Translations under genes and position numbers: made by a program
Notes under the pieces: model-generated
What the model was told of the DNA's origin: nothing
What the model saw: only the letters and a program-made list of their open reading frames with translations
Database searches by the model: none
Shown: one piece after another, positions 1 to 13,880 of the stretch
Position numbering within the stretch: the first letter of the stretch is position 1
Layout: each line of letters starts with the position of its first letter
From: Octopus bimaculoides
Lineage: Eukaryota
NCBI RefSeq assembly: GCF_001194135.2
Contig: NC_068990.1
Coordinates: forward strand, 66,143,819 to 66,207,818
Direction: 5' to 3'
Length of the DNA: 64,000 nucleotides

Positions 1-866
<866 letters not shown>

Positions 867-1339
867 TGAGAGTAGATTATCGCAGTTCTTTAGATAACAA
901 TTGAACGCTTCTTTTGTAAAAATATTCATAGACGTCAATGAAGACAGCCTATGAAAATTTTCATCCATACACACTATATGATTCTTCAAAATAACACATT
1001 GAAGTGTTCTAAATCACAATAATTCTGATGTAATAGTATGAATGAATAATCTCTACTACTAACAAAAGTTATGAGTTGCTACATCTGTGAGTTAAATCCC
1101 CCGAAAGTAACATTTCAACTGCACTTCCTCTAGTCCAGGAATCAGCAAACTCCTAATGTCATAGGCGTCTTTATGAGATCGTTGATGATTTATCGACTCA
1201 CCATCATGTATATTTCTAAATCGAAATAAAAAACTATATTTAATAAAACAAATTCTTACATTAAAACAATAATTTCTTCGGTCTTTTGGATCGTTACCGT
1301 TTAAGAAGTATTCAAAGGATATTTTCAGAAATATATATA

Positions 1340-1457
1340 AGGGTAAGCACATTTATGTTGAGGTTGCTGCTGTACTCCGTCTCCGAATCGTGGGTTTAAT
1401 GGTTTACCTGGTGATTAAACAAATCTGTAAGTGTCTTGGCCCATTCCACCACGACAC
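1340..1457 (-). mobile_element. 5'-truncated 3'UTR tail of the HERO-like LINE at 3750-4192
   Basis: Reverse complement of 4074-4192 with 4 substitutions and 1 indel; abuts (TA)n. Confidence 0.65.
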
Positions 1458-2005
1458 GAAATGGATAAAAAACGATAAAAATTCAGTCATATTGATATAG
1501 TCGGAATATTTAATGTGAAATATGTGTTTAGAGAATACTAAGTTATTGGATCGATATTTAGTTCCATACTAGTAAGTTTTAGCCTTAAATACCCTTACTG
1601 TTTCAGATTCAGTTTGGAAATACTTCCACAACCTTAATACTAAAAGTCATTTCAAGTGTTTATGGACCCCTTGGATAGCCACATAGATCCCCACCTAAGT
1701 GGTCAATATTAGCCACTTTGTTGACCTTTGCTCTATCGAGAGGTACTATTATTGTTTTGGTCGTCATGGATCTCTATGTATTTTATTGTGGAAGCGGGTA
1801 TCTACAGGGTTTATCGATTCAATAAAAGATTGAATGGATACACAGACAATCGGTTCTAAGGATAAGGTTAAAATGCTGAGAATAAAATCGATTACAGTAG
1901 ATATATATTTGTTCATCGCTGATTCATTCTTCCCTGATCCTGAATAACATGGTACGCTGTGAACAAACAGTGTTACGATTATCACGTTTTGATCTCTAAT
2001 AACAG

Positions 2006-2100
2006 GTGTCGGCGATCAGCCAGAGATTCTGCATGAGCCGCAAAGGCATGCATCAGTGGCCATCCACAATGACCAGGACAGTTTGATCAGGACACAATAA
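2006..2100 (+). CDS. Candidate terminal coding exon (G)VGDQPEILHEPQRHASVAIHNDQDSLIRTQ*, product unknown
   Basis: Acceptor ttttgatctctaataacAG at 2004-2005, GC-richer than flanks, phase-1 frame ends at TAA 2098-2100, AATAAA near 2756. No homolog recognised. Confidence 0.25.
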
Positions 2101-2809
2101 TCAGAACGAAATCTAACTCCCATTATACGTTATATTATTAATTTAATACTGATTAATTTAACACAGTTCTTTTGACATCAGACACCAATTATAAACGAGA
2201 ATAGATATATTACAAAATTGCGTGGAATAAGGGATGTTAAATCATACAGCTCGTAGTATAAGACTGATGAGTGAAAAACACTTTGGATTATGCTTAAACA
2301 CACACACACTCACTTTTATATATACATATTAAATATTATGTGCACTGAAATATATAATAAGTTGGATTATGCCTTTACACATTGAATATTAAAGACTAAC
2401 CTTGTTAATTTCTATAAGATCTGTCTTCATTTTAGGAATAATATTGTAGGTATAATTACTTATGAAGTATCATTGATATCTGGAAATTTAAACCACGTCA
2501 CGCTAGTAGTTGGCTGAGAAAACTTTGAGTGAAAATATGACAATAGTCCTTTCTGAAGGTCATAACTAAAAGCGACTTCTTATTTAATCATATGTCCAGG
2601 CCCATGATCATGAACATGTGAACATGTTTTTAATGTACGTGACTTGTATCTACATTAACTCATAAAGGGAAAGAATACAATTATTTTAGCTGCAGGGTTG
2701 CATACGTTTGTAAATAGTTGCTAGCGGAATTTGTTATCAATTTGATAGTATATTGAATAAACATGCAGATTGCACGGACATTTTCTATAAATGTTTCCAA
2801 TACTAAAGA

Positions 2810-2811
2810 GC

Positions 2812-2866
<55 letters not shown>
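2810..2866. repeat. (CAA)n microsatellite
   Basis: Direct reading. Confidence 0.95.
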
Positions 2867-3501
2867 TTATAAAATTGTTAAGCCCCTGATCAAACAGCCG
2901 ATTAAATTTCTATCAGGAAAATGTCATTCTGTATGTCGTTTTAAATTTTCAGCGTTTTTAATTCGATAAAAACATCTGAAATCTGCAAACCAAATTTTCA
3001 TATGAAAATGTTCGGAAGAATATGAAAAAATGAAGGAAAATGTTTTGTCTATTATCAAGTTTATTTGCTTCGGGACAACATATACCAAAAACATCATATA
3101 CATTCATATCGAAGTGAAGGTTTATTCAATATGTTTCTATGCCCTTCAGTGTAAATTCCTACAATGCAGTGAAAAATCTTCAAAATTGTTAACGCATCAA
3201 ATAATATTACCTTTACGCATAATACTTCTTCACGATTATATTTCCGTTTTAGTTATTTATTTTTTTTTTTTTATCGTATGGAAATGTCTAATAAAGTGTT
3301 AATACAACAACCTTGTTGATGTCATTTGCTCCATATGTGAAAATTTTACTTCCATCTACACTTCATATTTAATATTTCTTTCCTCATAGTGTCTTTGAGA
3401 AAATATTTGTTTATACTTTGTCCTAATTCGTAAATAACCTAATGTCGGTTTGATGCATATATGCGTGTATGATATACAAGTATGTAAATGTATATGAATG
3501 C

Positions 3502-3558
<57 letters not shown>

Positions 3559-3749
3559 CATACTAGTAGAAAGACCACCCTCCGGGCGGTTTTGTGCTGG
3601 ACTCTCGATGATATTTTCACATGTGATTCCCAATTCTAATAATTTTTCACCAAAAAGGTAAACAATGAACACCTACACTGCTAGAAATAAGAGGTGAATT
3701 GCTCTGTTGCTGCTGTGAACGCACATATAATTCTCTATATACAGTAAAA

Positions 3750-4192
3750 TGGATGGTAATTAATATACCTACTTGTTGAGAGAAGTGTTAGAGGATTAGT
3801 TAGCACCAGCGTTAGCTCGCTGTTGAGGAACTGTGGACTACCTGTGAAGGAGAGAAAAGAGGTTGTCAAAAGATTGTCGGAAGCCGCTCAGAATGTAAAA
3901 CATTACATGTCTGAAGAAAGAAGAGGTGTGATGCAGCAAGGACGTGCATTGGAGATAAAAGAACCAATTGTCCCAGAGTTGTAGCATCTGACTCTAATGC
4001 TAAGACACAAAGTCCGTGCTCATGATCAGAAAGGTTTATTACCGAAATATATGGGTGTCTCTGGGCAGCGCTGGTGTCGTGGTGGAATGGGCCAAGACAC
4101 TTACATATCTGTTTAATCGCCAGGTAAACCATCAAACCCACGATTTCGGAGACGGAGTACAGCAGCAACCTCAACATAAATGTGCTTACCCT
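3750..4192 (+). mobile_element. 3' end of an RLE-type non-LTR retrotransposon (HERO-like) with 3'UTR
   Basis: Frame from 3751 reads GW*LIYLLVERSVRGLVSTSVSSLLRNCGLPVKERKEVVKRLSEAAQ, resembling the HERO/R2-group C-terminus (VEVGCRGF...LSEAAE). Ends gtgcttaccct + (TA)n. Confidence 0.6.
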
Positions 4193-4236
4193 TATATATA
4201 TATATATATATTTGTGTGTATGTGCGTGTGAGCGTA

Positions 4237-4327
<91 letters not shown>

Positions 4328-4736
4328 CTTACATTTTCCTTAAATTAAGATCAAGAAAACGTACTCCATCTGGTGAGAGGTAAATATTGCTTAATGCACA
4401 CAATAGATAGTTATGAGCTACCAATGATTTCATTCTTCGATATTGAAGTTACAAATCTGGACTTGTATAGACGCTAGGGTTGCTTTAAAACCTGCCTAGG
4501 TACTACATTTAGTGTATGAAACTATTTGTATCTCATAACTATATACTGTGTACATTAAACAACATATCATATATATAATGTATATAAAAGGTTTTGATAT
4601 TGAGAAGACCCAAAGGCAGGTAAGGCTATGTAAGTGTTACAGAAGGACTGCTGTTAAACTTCCGGTTCAATAAAAGTATGAGTGAGGAGTTTAAGGCGGG
4701 TCTTGTGTGAGCGTCTATATGTTAAATAAAATAGGA

Positions 4737-5040
4737 TTACAAGACCAAGGCAATGTGATATTTCTAGGAGATATATAAAGAGAAAGGTGGTCTTGCTGCT
4801 GTTTCAGGGAAATAAATGATAACCCATCATCAGAGTTAAGAGAGTTTCCCTTTTATACTTTTTGAATCTCTCCCTTTCCAAAATAACCTCTTATATAATG
4901 AACTCTTACTAATTCCTTCTATTGAAAATCTCCTAACTCGTCTATGATGATGGGATATCATTTATGTCGCTGAAGGAACTGTAAGACCACCTTTCTCTTT
5001 ATAAACGTCCTAGAAATATCACATTGCGTTGGACTTGTTA
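4737..5040. mobile_element. MITE/foldback element with about 100 bp terminal inverted repeats
   Basis: 4737-4835 (caagaccaaggcaatgtgatatttctaggag...aaagagaaaggtggtctt...cccatcatcagag) matches the reverse complement of 4942-5040 at roughly 85%; spacer about 105 bp. Confidence 0.7.
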
Positions 5041-5053
5041 TTCTATTTTATTT

Positions 5054-5141
<88 letters not shown>

Positions 5142-5183
5142 TGTGTGTGTGTGTGTGTGTATGTGTGTGTGTGTGTGTGAGTG

Positions 5184-5226
<43 letters not shown>

Positions 5227-5289
5227 ATCTATCTATCTATCTATCTATATATATATATATATATATGATTGCCGTATTCCCCGTCCGTA

Positions 5290-5570
5290 TGCTATTACAA
5301 GTATGATTCGCAAAATCCGTGGATTTTAGCGGGAATATTAATAGATATGTTCTTTTCTCAGGCAGCTTTTGCTGAGGAACAGTTAGCATTCCGGGCAACA
5401 TGCTTAACGGCATTTCGTCCGACTTTACGTCCTTATTTGAAATTCCGCCGTGACCAGCCTTGCTATATATCCCTTCGGGGTCACCAAAATCAGTACCAGT
5501 TGAGCACTGGTGTCGATATAATCGAATTAACACCTCCTACAAAATTGCTGGCCTTATACCTAAATTTTAA
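5290..5570 (+). mobile_element. Decayed SINE (ggcggcgagctggcagaa family)
   Basis: gttagcattccgggcaacatgcttaacggcatttcgtcc...gaaattccgccg...cagtaccagttgagcactggtgtcgatataatcg, matching 19142 and 42074. Confidence 0.55.
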
Positions 5571-6094
5571 ACCAATATGCTACATAGCAATGATGGCGAA
5601 ATCAACGAAGCGTTGTGCCCCTATATGTTCTTCAAACCGCAATGGATGAGAATGAAGCCAAACTTCAAACAATTCCATTGATCCCAGAACTGAATAGTTT
5701 TAGTATTGATTGACTTGAATTTATCTTTATTTTTCATCATTTTGAAATGCTTCCTTCTAGCGTCTTTCTGTTTTACATATTAAAAATATTTAACAGCAGT
5801 GCACGGTGTTTGAAATACTGACATATTATTTATAATGGAAATGAGCCGACGACTCGAATGCGTCTAAATTGGTTACATATATTTTAAATGCTGCTCAATG
5901 AATCTTGCGCTCGATTTGCTATAATACATATAACCTCTTTTAATAAAGATTTTTTTGCTGTCATTTCTAACGAGTACATCATCACTTGGCATCCAGTCAA
6001 GTTAATATTTTTTTCCGGGACGCTTTGCCTTTTATATCGGTCAGCTCGATGTCAAAGAGCTTAACGCTTATTGTATACAGTTTATGTGTGTGTG

Positions 6095-6137
<43 letters not shown>

Positions 6138-7879
6138 AGCCAAAGTTACCAACACTGACAGAATATTGCGATATGTAGGCATAATCTGGTGGTTTCAGCT
6201 TTTTGGACCAACTGTATTTTTACAATTCTTGGCCTCTGCCCACACTGTATTCTCTTTATTCTCTTTATATGTTACCGGTTTCCCACAGTTTCACAGCCGG
6301 CATTAGGCTGTTTATGTTCTCGTAAGTTTGCAATTCGGGAAAATGAGGCTGATAGAATATGTAAAATACACCAGTACAATGATCAGTAAAACCCCTTCAA
6401 ATTATTGCAACAGTTTAGCCACATTTCAGTGACTGAGACAGATAAAATAATAAAAGACTACAAAATACTGCCTCACAGCTAGCTTGTGGAATAAAATCGA
6501 AATCATTAGATTGTAATGATTGGGTATTGACCCTAAAGTCATATTTATTCCCCCATATGGGAACTTTGAAATCATCTTGGGGGTCCGAAGTAAATTTTAT
6601 TTATTCATTGAATGTGAGAAATTCTATTTTTATTTGAGTCGGATTATGAATGGCGGTGGGTTCTGAGTTGATGACACGTGACTAAATACCATCTTTATAC
6701 CGTTTTTAGTTTTCCTTTCAAGAACTCTTGTTTTCTTTCACATCGTTCTCAAATCACACAACTTTTGGTTTGGTTCCCTTCTTTTTTGTTCTGGCAACAT
6801 GTCAATGAAAAAAAGAAAAATGTTTTTTCTTTGCTATTTGTATTTCTTTATACGTATACAAATTTCTTGCTTTTTTTTTCACGTAAAATTTAAATGTAAA
6901 TTCTGTAAATTATAAATTGACGAGGCGCAAGCTAAAAAGAAAAAAAAATCTATTTGATGTTATCAACGGCACTCTGTAATGAATATTTTCAAAGTAAAGC
7001 TATTTCAAGGCAATAATTGAATATTAACTGAGAACTCTGTCACAAAACCACGACAATAATAAGAAAATCGATATTTCCATCTCTCTACCCACTCCCTACC
7101 ATCACTCTTCTCTCTTCCCCCTCTTCTCTCTTCTCCCTCTCTTCTCTCTCTACCAAAATAATGAAAATTAATTGATTATGTATAAAACAAATTATCTGAG
7201 GCTGATCTTCAGATCGAAACAATACTAAAGGCAGCAATATAATAACGGTATTGCAAAATTAATATATACAGAGAACGCAATTTAGTTTGCGTTTCGTTAT
7301 TCAAAAAAACCCACCTCGGAAAAGCAAGAACACAAAAAATTTTTAAAAAACAGAAAAAAAAAACAAAAAGCAAAATGAAGACTGAATGAAAAAACCGAAT
7401 TCTTGATTTCAATGTGCTAAATTTTATTGGCCGATCCCGCGGCAGATATTTAATATCTTTGTTGAAGTTTTATCAGATGTGGATGGATAAAACAACCTAC
7501 AGGTGTCTGGTCGCTGATAAATGCTCATACGATGTTTGAAATACGAGAGTCAGAAATATGTTGAAAGTTCTATGATATAGTGTCAAGTCTATTCTTAATA
7601 TTAGCTTAGATGTCTAATAAAAATCTATATGGTGGAGAGGCTGTGCTCATTGATATTAATAAATTGCATTTATTTATGATTTCTCATATTGGTCTACGGT
7701 TAGACATTGGGTGGTGTGCGTTATGAAATCGATTTTATTGACCTCAGGAGGAGAAAAGATAGAGACAACCTAAACAGGATTTGAACTCAAAATATTTATG
7801 TCAGTAGATTTATGTGGGGGTAATAATGAAATGATTTAGAGTAATGACTGTGTGCTTTTGAATATTTGTTATTAAGGTC

Positions 7880-9130
7880 CTGTTGATTGTATTTAAGGCC
7901 ATGTAGTTGATGACGCTTTGGGAATGCGGTTCATAGTGTTGGTCTGGATTACTCTGCATTTGCATTTGTTGAGGTGTTTGTAGTATTGATGGTGTTTATA
8001 GTGTTGGAGATGTTTGTAATTGTGTTGGTGTACAGTGTGTAGGTGTGTAATGGTTACTTTTTGTGTCTCCTCTTCTAAACACTGGTACTGCGCTTTTCAT
8101 TTTGTATTTTTTCTTGTTTTTTCCCCTAGGATACATTATGGTGGTTTTCGCAAACTATTTTCCTCGCCAAACGAGTTTTCACTGTCGGAGAAATTTGTGG
8201 CAGAGGCCAGAGGTATGTCTGCACAGTCACGTATTTCTAAGCTGGTTATCTGGATGCCTGTTGAAGATGAGGCTTCTTTCCGTTGAGAGGGTGCAGATGA
8301 CGTTATTGTTGTACTATCGGTAGCGGTTAGGGTTCGCTCTTTCTATTGCTCCTGTTGTTGTTTCGGAGGCTGCTACTCTTCGTACTGATGTTGATGTTGT
8401 GTTAGAGGTGTCTACAGCAGCGGGTTTTTTCTTTTTCTTTGCATGGGACAGAAAGCCTTTAAGTGGCTTGTTTTGCTACAAATATGGCATCTCAGAATTC
8501 TACCTTCAACTTCTACGAATAGAAGTGTACCATTGAGAAGGTTGATCAGGTCAGGGATTGCATTGATATTGTCATATCGGCGTGTGTCAATAATTCCATT
8601 CCCATATTTGACCAGTTTTCCTTTCCCATTTCATGGACATAGAGAATTATAGTTTTATTCTCTATGCCGTATTTTACGACTGCCACAAGGAAAGAGATGT
8701 CCACTTCTGATGTTACTTCTGCTGCCTTTATTTTAACAACCCTCTGACCAATGTATGTCGAAATCAGGCTCATATTGTCAGTTGTGAGTGTTGTTGTTGC
8801 ACATTCTTTAGATTTTTCTTCAGTTGGGAATCCCACCTCAACTGTTTCAAAGCTCCTCTGCAGGTGACATACGTTTTTAACCCACAGACTGGTCCTATGC
8901 ATTTTTTGATCTGGGCCTGCGTAATTCACATCCGTCTTTGGATTGTTATTGAAATATATTAGTATTTAATTGTTGATTTGTTGTATCTTCCTGTATTTCC
9001 TTTGGCTAATTTATAAATACTATTTTACCATCTTTTGTTAAGTATGCTTTGGAGTCATTTGACATTTTCTGGGACGTGCCAACTTTTCCACTCAACGATA
9101 TCCTTGTGTGAAACCGTTCCCATTTTCTTT
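7880..9130 (-). mobile_element. Decayed L1/Tx1-like ORF1 (gag-like, CCHC zinc knuckle) with Thr/Ser-rich tail
   Basis: Minus-strand frames read VEVGFPTEEKSKEC...YIGQRVVKIK and, after a frameshift, IPDLINLLNGTLLFVEVEGRILRCHICSKTSHLKAFCP. CX2CX4HX4C lies at 8448-8489. Confidence 0.6.
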
Positions 9131-9169
9131 AGAAATAATAATAGCCGCTGTTTTCGTCGTATTAATGTT

Positions 9170-9350
9170 TGTATTGGTGGTGGCGGTGATAGTGGTGGTG
9201 GTGGTGGTGGTGGTGATAGCGTTTGTGGTGATAATGGTGGTGGTGTTGGTGATAGTTTTGGTGATATGGGTGGTGGCATGATAGTGGTGGCGGCGGTGAT
9301 AGTGGTGGTGGTGGTGGTAGTGGTGGTAGTGGTGGTAGTGTTGGGGTGAT
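9170..9350. repeat. (GGT)n-derived low-complexity tract
   Basis: Direct reading. Confidence 0.9.
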
Positions 9351-9679
9351 GATAGAGGTCGTGCTTGTGTTATTTTAAATGTTATCCTGCTCGTCACTGT
9401 CGCTGTGTGTGAATTGTCTATCGACTATATCAGTTAGTGGTGGGAAATAATGTCATAATGGTTGTTCCAACGGCCATCATATCACTCGATTTGAGGGAAT
9501 ATTGCTATTTTTGTTTTGAAATCTGAAATTTAAAAATCTCGCCAAAACATTTCGCGGTCAGCAAAGTGAGCTGGTTAATTTAGTAAGCCATCCAACAAAG
9601 ATTCGAATACCAAACGATGAAACTGTAGATTTCAAAGAAAACTTACCAGCCACGAACAAGCGCCTTCTCTTTCAACCAT

Positions 9680-9705
9680 GTAATAACAACAACAACAACA
9701 GCTGC

Positions 9706-9738
<33 letters not shown>

Positions 9739-9828
9739 AATAATGATAATACTAATAATAACAACAACAATAACAACTGCAGCAGCAACAACATCAACAA
9801 CAATAATAATGATAATAATAATAATATT
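9680..9828. repeat. (AAC)n/(AAT)n compound microsatellite
   Basis: Direct reading. Confidence 0.9.
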
Positions 9829-9829
9829 G

Positions 9830-10565
9830 GGCAAATTGGCCCAAAAACATGTGAATTACTATAAAAGGAAAACGAAACAATCTCATGTATTATGAATGAG
9901 TGAGTGAGTGTAGCAAACCTGCCCAAAAGCACTACAAAAGGAGTCACGATAACGTGGCTAAGTTTGTTCACCGGAGACAATGTGAAATGTACGGCCTGGA
10001 CAGAGAAAGAAACGGTACGAACATGAAACAGAAGGAGTCACCGAGGACAATAATTATAAGATAGTGTTGGGTTTTATAAACGTATGTGAACCCCTAATCA
10101 GTGCTCGGATAACAGATTTTGTTGTGGTAGATCGGGAAAAAGGAAACCAAGATTATAGATATTGCTACACCAGGGGGTACTCGCATAAGTGAGAGATAAC
10201 TAGAAAATATTGAAAATTACAAATTACTAAAAGACGGAATTCCAAGAATATGGACTATAACGTGCGTGTCTGTCATCGCAGTAGTTGTGGGCGCACACGG
10301 AGCACTAGCAACCAAATTCGAGAAATATGTCAGAGAAATCGGCATTGAAATGAGAGCAGAGCAGGCCCCAAATACTGCTCTGCTGGGGACAGCTAGGATT
10401 TTGATATTGGCACTTGAGTATTGAATGTTTTTCACTATAATTAACAACCAAGTATCAAAGCTTATAATGTGTTGAAGGAGACCCTGTGAGACCTCTGAAA
10501 AAAGGCAGTTGTCTGCTCTTACAGAATCAACCAGAGTAAACCAGACCGAACGCTCTGAGAAGTAA
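9830..10565 (+). mobile_element. R4/Dong-like RLE LINE 3' fragment (CCHC region, endonuclease, 3'UTR)
   Basis: Frameshifted CSKPAQKHYKRSHDNVAKFVHRRQCEMYG...TDFVVVDREK.ETKIIDIATPG...IAVVVGAHGAL...QAPNTALLGTARIL. Starts directly after (AAT)n. Confidence 0.8.
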
Positions 10566-10599
10566 AACAACAGTGATGATAATGATATTTTTATCTTTT

Positions 10600-10750
10600 C
10601 TTCAAATTTTGGCATGAGGCCAGCAAGTGCGGTGGAATGGTTAAGTCGATTACATCGACCCGAGTGCTCAACTTACCTACCGACGCTGAAAGGTTGAAAA
10701 GCAAAGTCGACTTCAGCGGAATTTTAACTCAGAACGCCAAGGCAGAAGAA
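10600..10750 (-). mobile_element. SINE fragment (ggcggcgagctggcagaa family)
   Basis: gtcgattacatcgacc...gaaaagcaaagtcgacttcagcggaattttaactcagaacg is the reverse complement of the family body. Confidence 0.65.
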
Positions 10751-10756
10751 ATGCCG

Positions 10757-10837
10757 ATAATAATGATTATGATGATGATGATGATGATGATGGTGATGAC
10801 GACGACGATGATGATGATAATGATTATAACGATGATT

Positions 10838-10886
<49 letters not shown>

Positions 10887-10950
10887 CAATGACGACGACG
10901 ACGATGATGATGATGACAATGACGACGATGATGATAATGATGATGACAGC
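10757..10950. repeat. (GAT)n/(GAC)n microsatellite
   Basis: Direct reading. Confidence 0.95.
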
Positions 10951-11094
10951 AAGGATTATTTCAGTTTTCTTTTCTTTTTGGCAAAGGAGCAGCAGATCAG
11001 GGTCTCATTATAAGGACAATTTACCCTTTGTTCTGAGGTCTACGTAAAAGATTAGGCAAAGAAAGACACTGGTAGGAAAAATGAGATAGAAATA

Positions 11095-11500
11095 TATATA
11101 TTGCACAAAGTATTTGAGCCCATGAATGATGAAATCCTCCTGAAACAGGGCAATCTTCAACTAGCTTCGATCAATGAATCCTACAGTTTTAGGATCACAA
11201 TGAACACTAACGGCACAAGTCTCACCCAGTTGCTGTTCTCCAATCTGCAATTAGGCTCAATCACCCTAACCATTTTTACCACACTCATCCACCCATCTTT
11301 TGATATATTCACTGGGAGAGAGTACTTTCCTCTCTACTCTCACTTTCATTTCCAAGTGGAACTTAAAGACATCTATAGAGACTTCACCAAAGAGGAAAGT
11401 GCGTGTCCTTAATCGTTTCAGCCGTATCCATCATACGACCTATTCAGCCATAGCTACAAAACAGAGAAACACTGTCTGTTTTGCCTTGTTGTAGATGGGT
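11095..11500 (-). mobile_element. 3' end of an L1/Tx1-like ORF2 plus 3'UTR
   Basis: PPIYNKAKQTVFLCFVAMAE*VV*WIRLKRLRTRTFLFGEVSIDVFKFHLEMKVRVERKVLSPSEYIKRWV, typical of the Tx1-like ORF2 C-terminus (FKxHLxxKxRVER...RW); contains stops. Confidence 0.65.
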
Positions 11501-12054
11501 GGATAGATGATAGAGATTATATCATCTGACGCCTCTGTAATTATTACTAGTTTTAAGGAGACTGATATATTGTTTACTATATGTATAATTAATTTTCAGT
11601 ATGTCAAACACAGAATCTGTATTTCGTGTCCTACTTTGATCATTAAAATACACCGTGAATTTGCGAATCTCACAGCATCTCAGTCAAGCCTCGTTGACCG
11701 TAATGTCATGCTTGCGTGGCTTTTTCTGTACTGCAATAATATCAAATTACTAACGTAGGGATATTGTTCCTAATTCCCTCCCTGAATATGTCCTACGAAA
11801 AAAGTTCAAAATTTTTGCTTCATTGACGTCCACACAATCCTGCTCTCCCACATTACTATTTCTATTTTCTAAAATATTACTAATCAATATTAGTAATCAA
11901 TATTAACATAGACCACAACAGCAATAATAAAATAACACGAATAATTGTCATCATTGGTCATTAATCACGCAGCACCGTAACAAAATTCTAATATATCTCT
12001 CATTAGTGAAAGATAATTCTCCATAGCTAAAAAACAATTACCAGTAGGAACAGA

Positions 12055-12470
12055 TATGACTCTGTGGTTAAGAATCTTGCTTTGCAGTCGCTCTGTCTCG
12101 GGTTTAGTTCCACCCTTTGGCTCCGTAGACAAGTGTGTTCTAGTATAGCCCAGGGGTTATCAATAGCTAGTGAATTTGGTAAACGGAAACCGTGTGGAAA
12201 CCCGTCGTATATATGTGTGTATGTGTTTATATTTATATATACATATGTGTATGTGCCGTTGTCTGTATTTATCATCCTCCACATCTTGACAACCGGTGTT
12301 GGTTAATTTACAGGTCAGTGATTTAGGGTGTCAGCAAAATCGACCGATAGTATAAATGTGAGCCTTAAAAGAAAGACAAAAACCCTAAGTACTATGGTTA
12401 TCTTGGTTGGCCAAACCTCTTCACGGCGGTGCTCCAGTATGGTCGCAATAACTGACAGAAATAAAAGGCG
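12055..12470 (+). mobile_element. tRNA-derived SINE with internal (TA/TG)n and ggcggtgctccag tail
   Basis: Head gtggttaag...gggtttagttccac, body gaatttggtaaacggaaac, tail ggcggtgctccagtatggtcgca shared with 30340-30560. Confidence 0.7.
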
Positions 12471-13684
12471 GAAAATAACAGATTAACAATATAACAAACC
12501 GTGAGAATTACACCGCAGTGTGAACAGACATTAATTGTTCGTATCCTCTTTAGTATTTTTAGCCAAAATATGTAACCATAAAAAAACTCACTCAACACAG
12601 TTGTAAATATTACGATAGTAAGGGATAGCTGTTCACTTTAAACAGTAACAGACGTGTAAAACTGACGTGTTTCGTTGGTTTCCAGGGCATTGCTCTATTT
12701 TAGTCGGATTACACTGGCAGGAAATTTGTTTTTTCATCTGACTGATCTTATGAGAACTGAACACAAGCAGGAATTCAGCAATGATCCGTTAAAGAGAAGC
12801 CATTTTATCGATATTATAATAAAAATATTTAAAAAATTATAACTTTGTCGAAAGAGGGAAAGCAGCATTCATAGTATTTTTTTTCTTCAGAGCCTATAAA
12901 ACTAATGGAAGGAGATGGAGAGAGGAAGGTTATCTCCTTATCCTCAAATCACAGACTTGGTTCTAATGCTTCCAACAGAGTGGACTCCGCTAAAGGCATT
13001 CACGTGTAAAGTGATGGTGTGAAACGAGGCGAAAGTGTATGTTTATTACTCATAAAAAATTAGCATCCGTTCCAAGAGTGGGCTGCCGTCCATAAAGGCT
13101 CAGGCGATCAAATTTTGCACGAAATTTAAACACAAGGTGAAGCAGTAGTACCATACAACTGTTCGAAATGATGCAGAGTTGCGAAGTGAAATTCTTAATG
13201 GCATATTCATGTGTACACCCGACAAATTCTCAACAAATTAACTTATATCCTCTCTGAGTTAAAAGTCAATGGTAACAATAGTAATTACTAGGCAATCTCG
13301 TCTAAGCTCTCTTTTTCTCAGCCCTAAGTTTGGCTAACTTTATCAAATCTATTCTAGACACACATCTATTGCTCAATCCTTTTCGCTACTCACTTACGAA
13401 AATCTGTTTCTCTCTCGTAATTTTTACATTTTACAATATTTTTTTCCCTCGTTATCATTACTCTTTCTCTCTTGTATATCTATGTTACGTCACGATTTCC
13501 TCTCATCTTTCTCATCTCTCTCTCTCTCTCGCTCTCTCGAAGTCACGTCATTTAACCCAAATCTATTCTATTCTTTTAATCCATTACTAATCTTTATCCA
13601 CTTCTTTTCATTGATTATTCTCTTTTTTATCCTTCTATGATAATACTTTAAATCTCTATATTCTGCACCTCTATATTTTATCTT

Positions 13685-13880
13685 GAGCATGCGTAGTCCT
13701 TGAGCAAATCTCTTGTTTTTACGTTGCTGCAGTTCACGTAGTTGTAATTGATCGACCCGGCGACGGACTGGCGCCCAGTTCAGGCGGGAAGTTGGGATCT
13801 TGGTCACTGCTACGCCAAAGAAACCGAATAACTGACCCCATGACTATTAAGACTCGAGACTGTAACGCTCAGGGTTGAAG
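13685..13880 (+). mobile_element. Headless SINE body (cttgagcaa...cacgttgctccagt core type)
   Basis: cttgagcaaatctcttgtttttacgttgctgcagttcacg resembles the core of the SINE at 49481-49790. Confidence 0.5.

Noticed and set aside
2263-2290. CTGATGA-GTG-aaaaa-CAC hammerhead-like start
   Set aside because: No GAAA follows stem II and there is no NUH or stem I partner.
12890-13010. Possible terminal exon after ttttttcttcAG (EPIKLMEGDG...)
   Set aside because: It overlaps a dispersed repeat also present near 22950.
13771-13790. TGGCGCCCA resembling a tRNA-Lys primer-binding site
   Set aside because: No LTR ending in CA precedes it, and it lies inside a SINE body.
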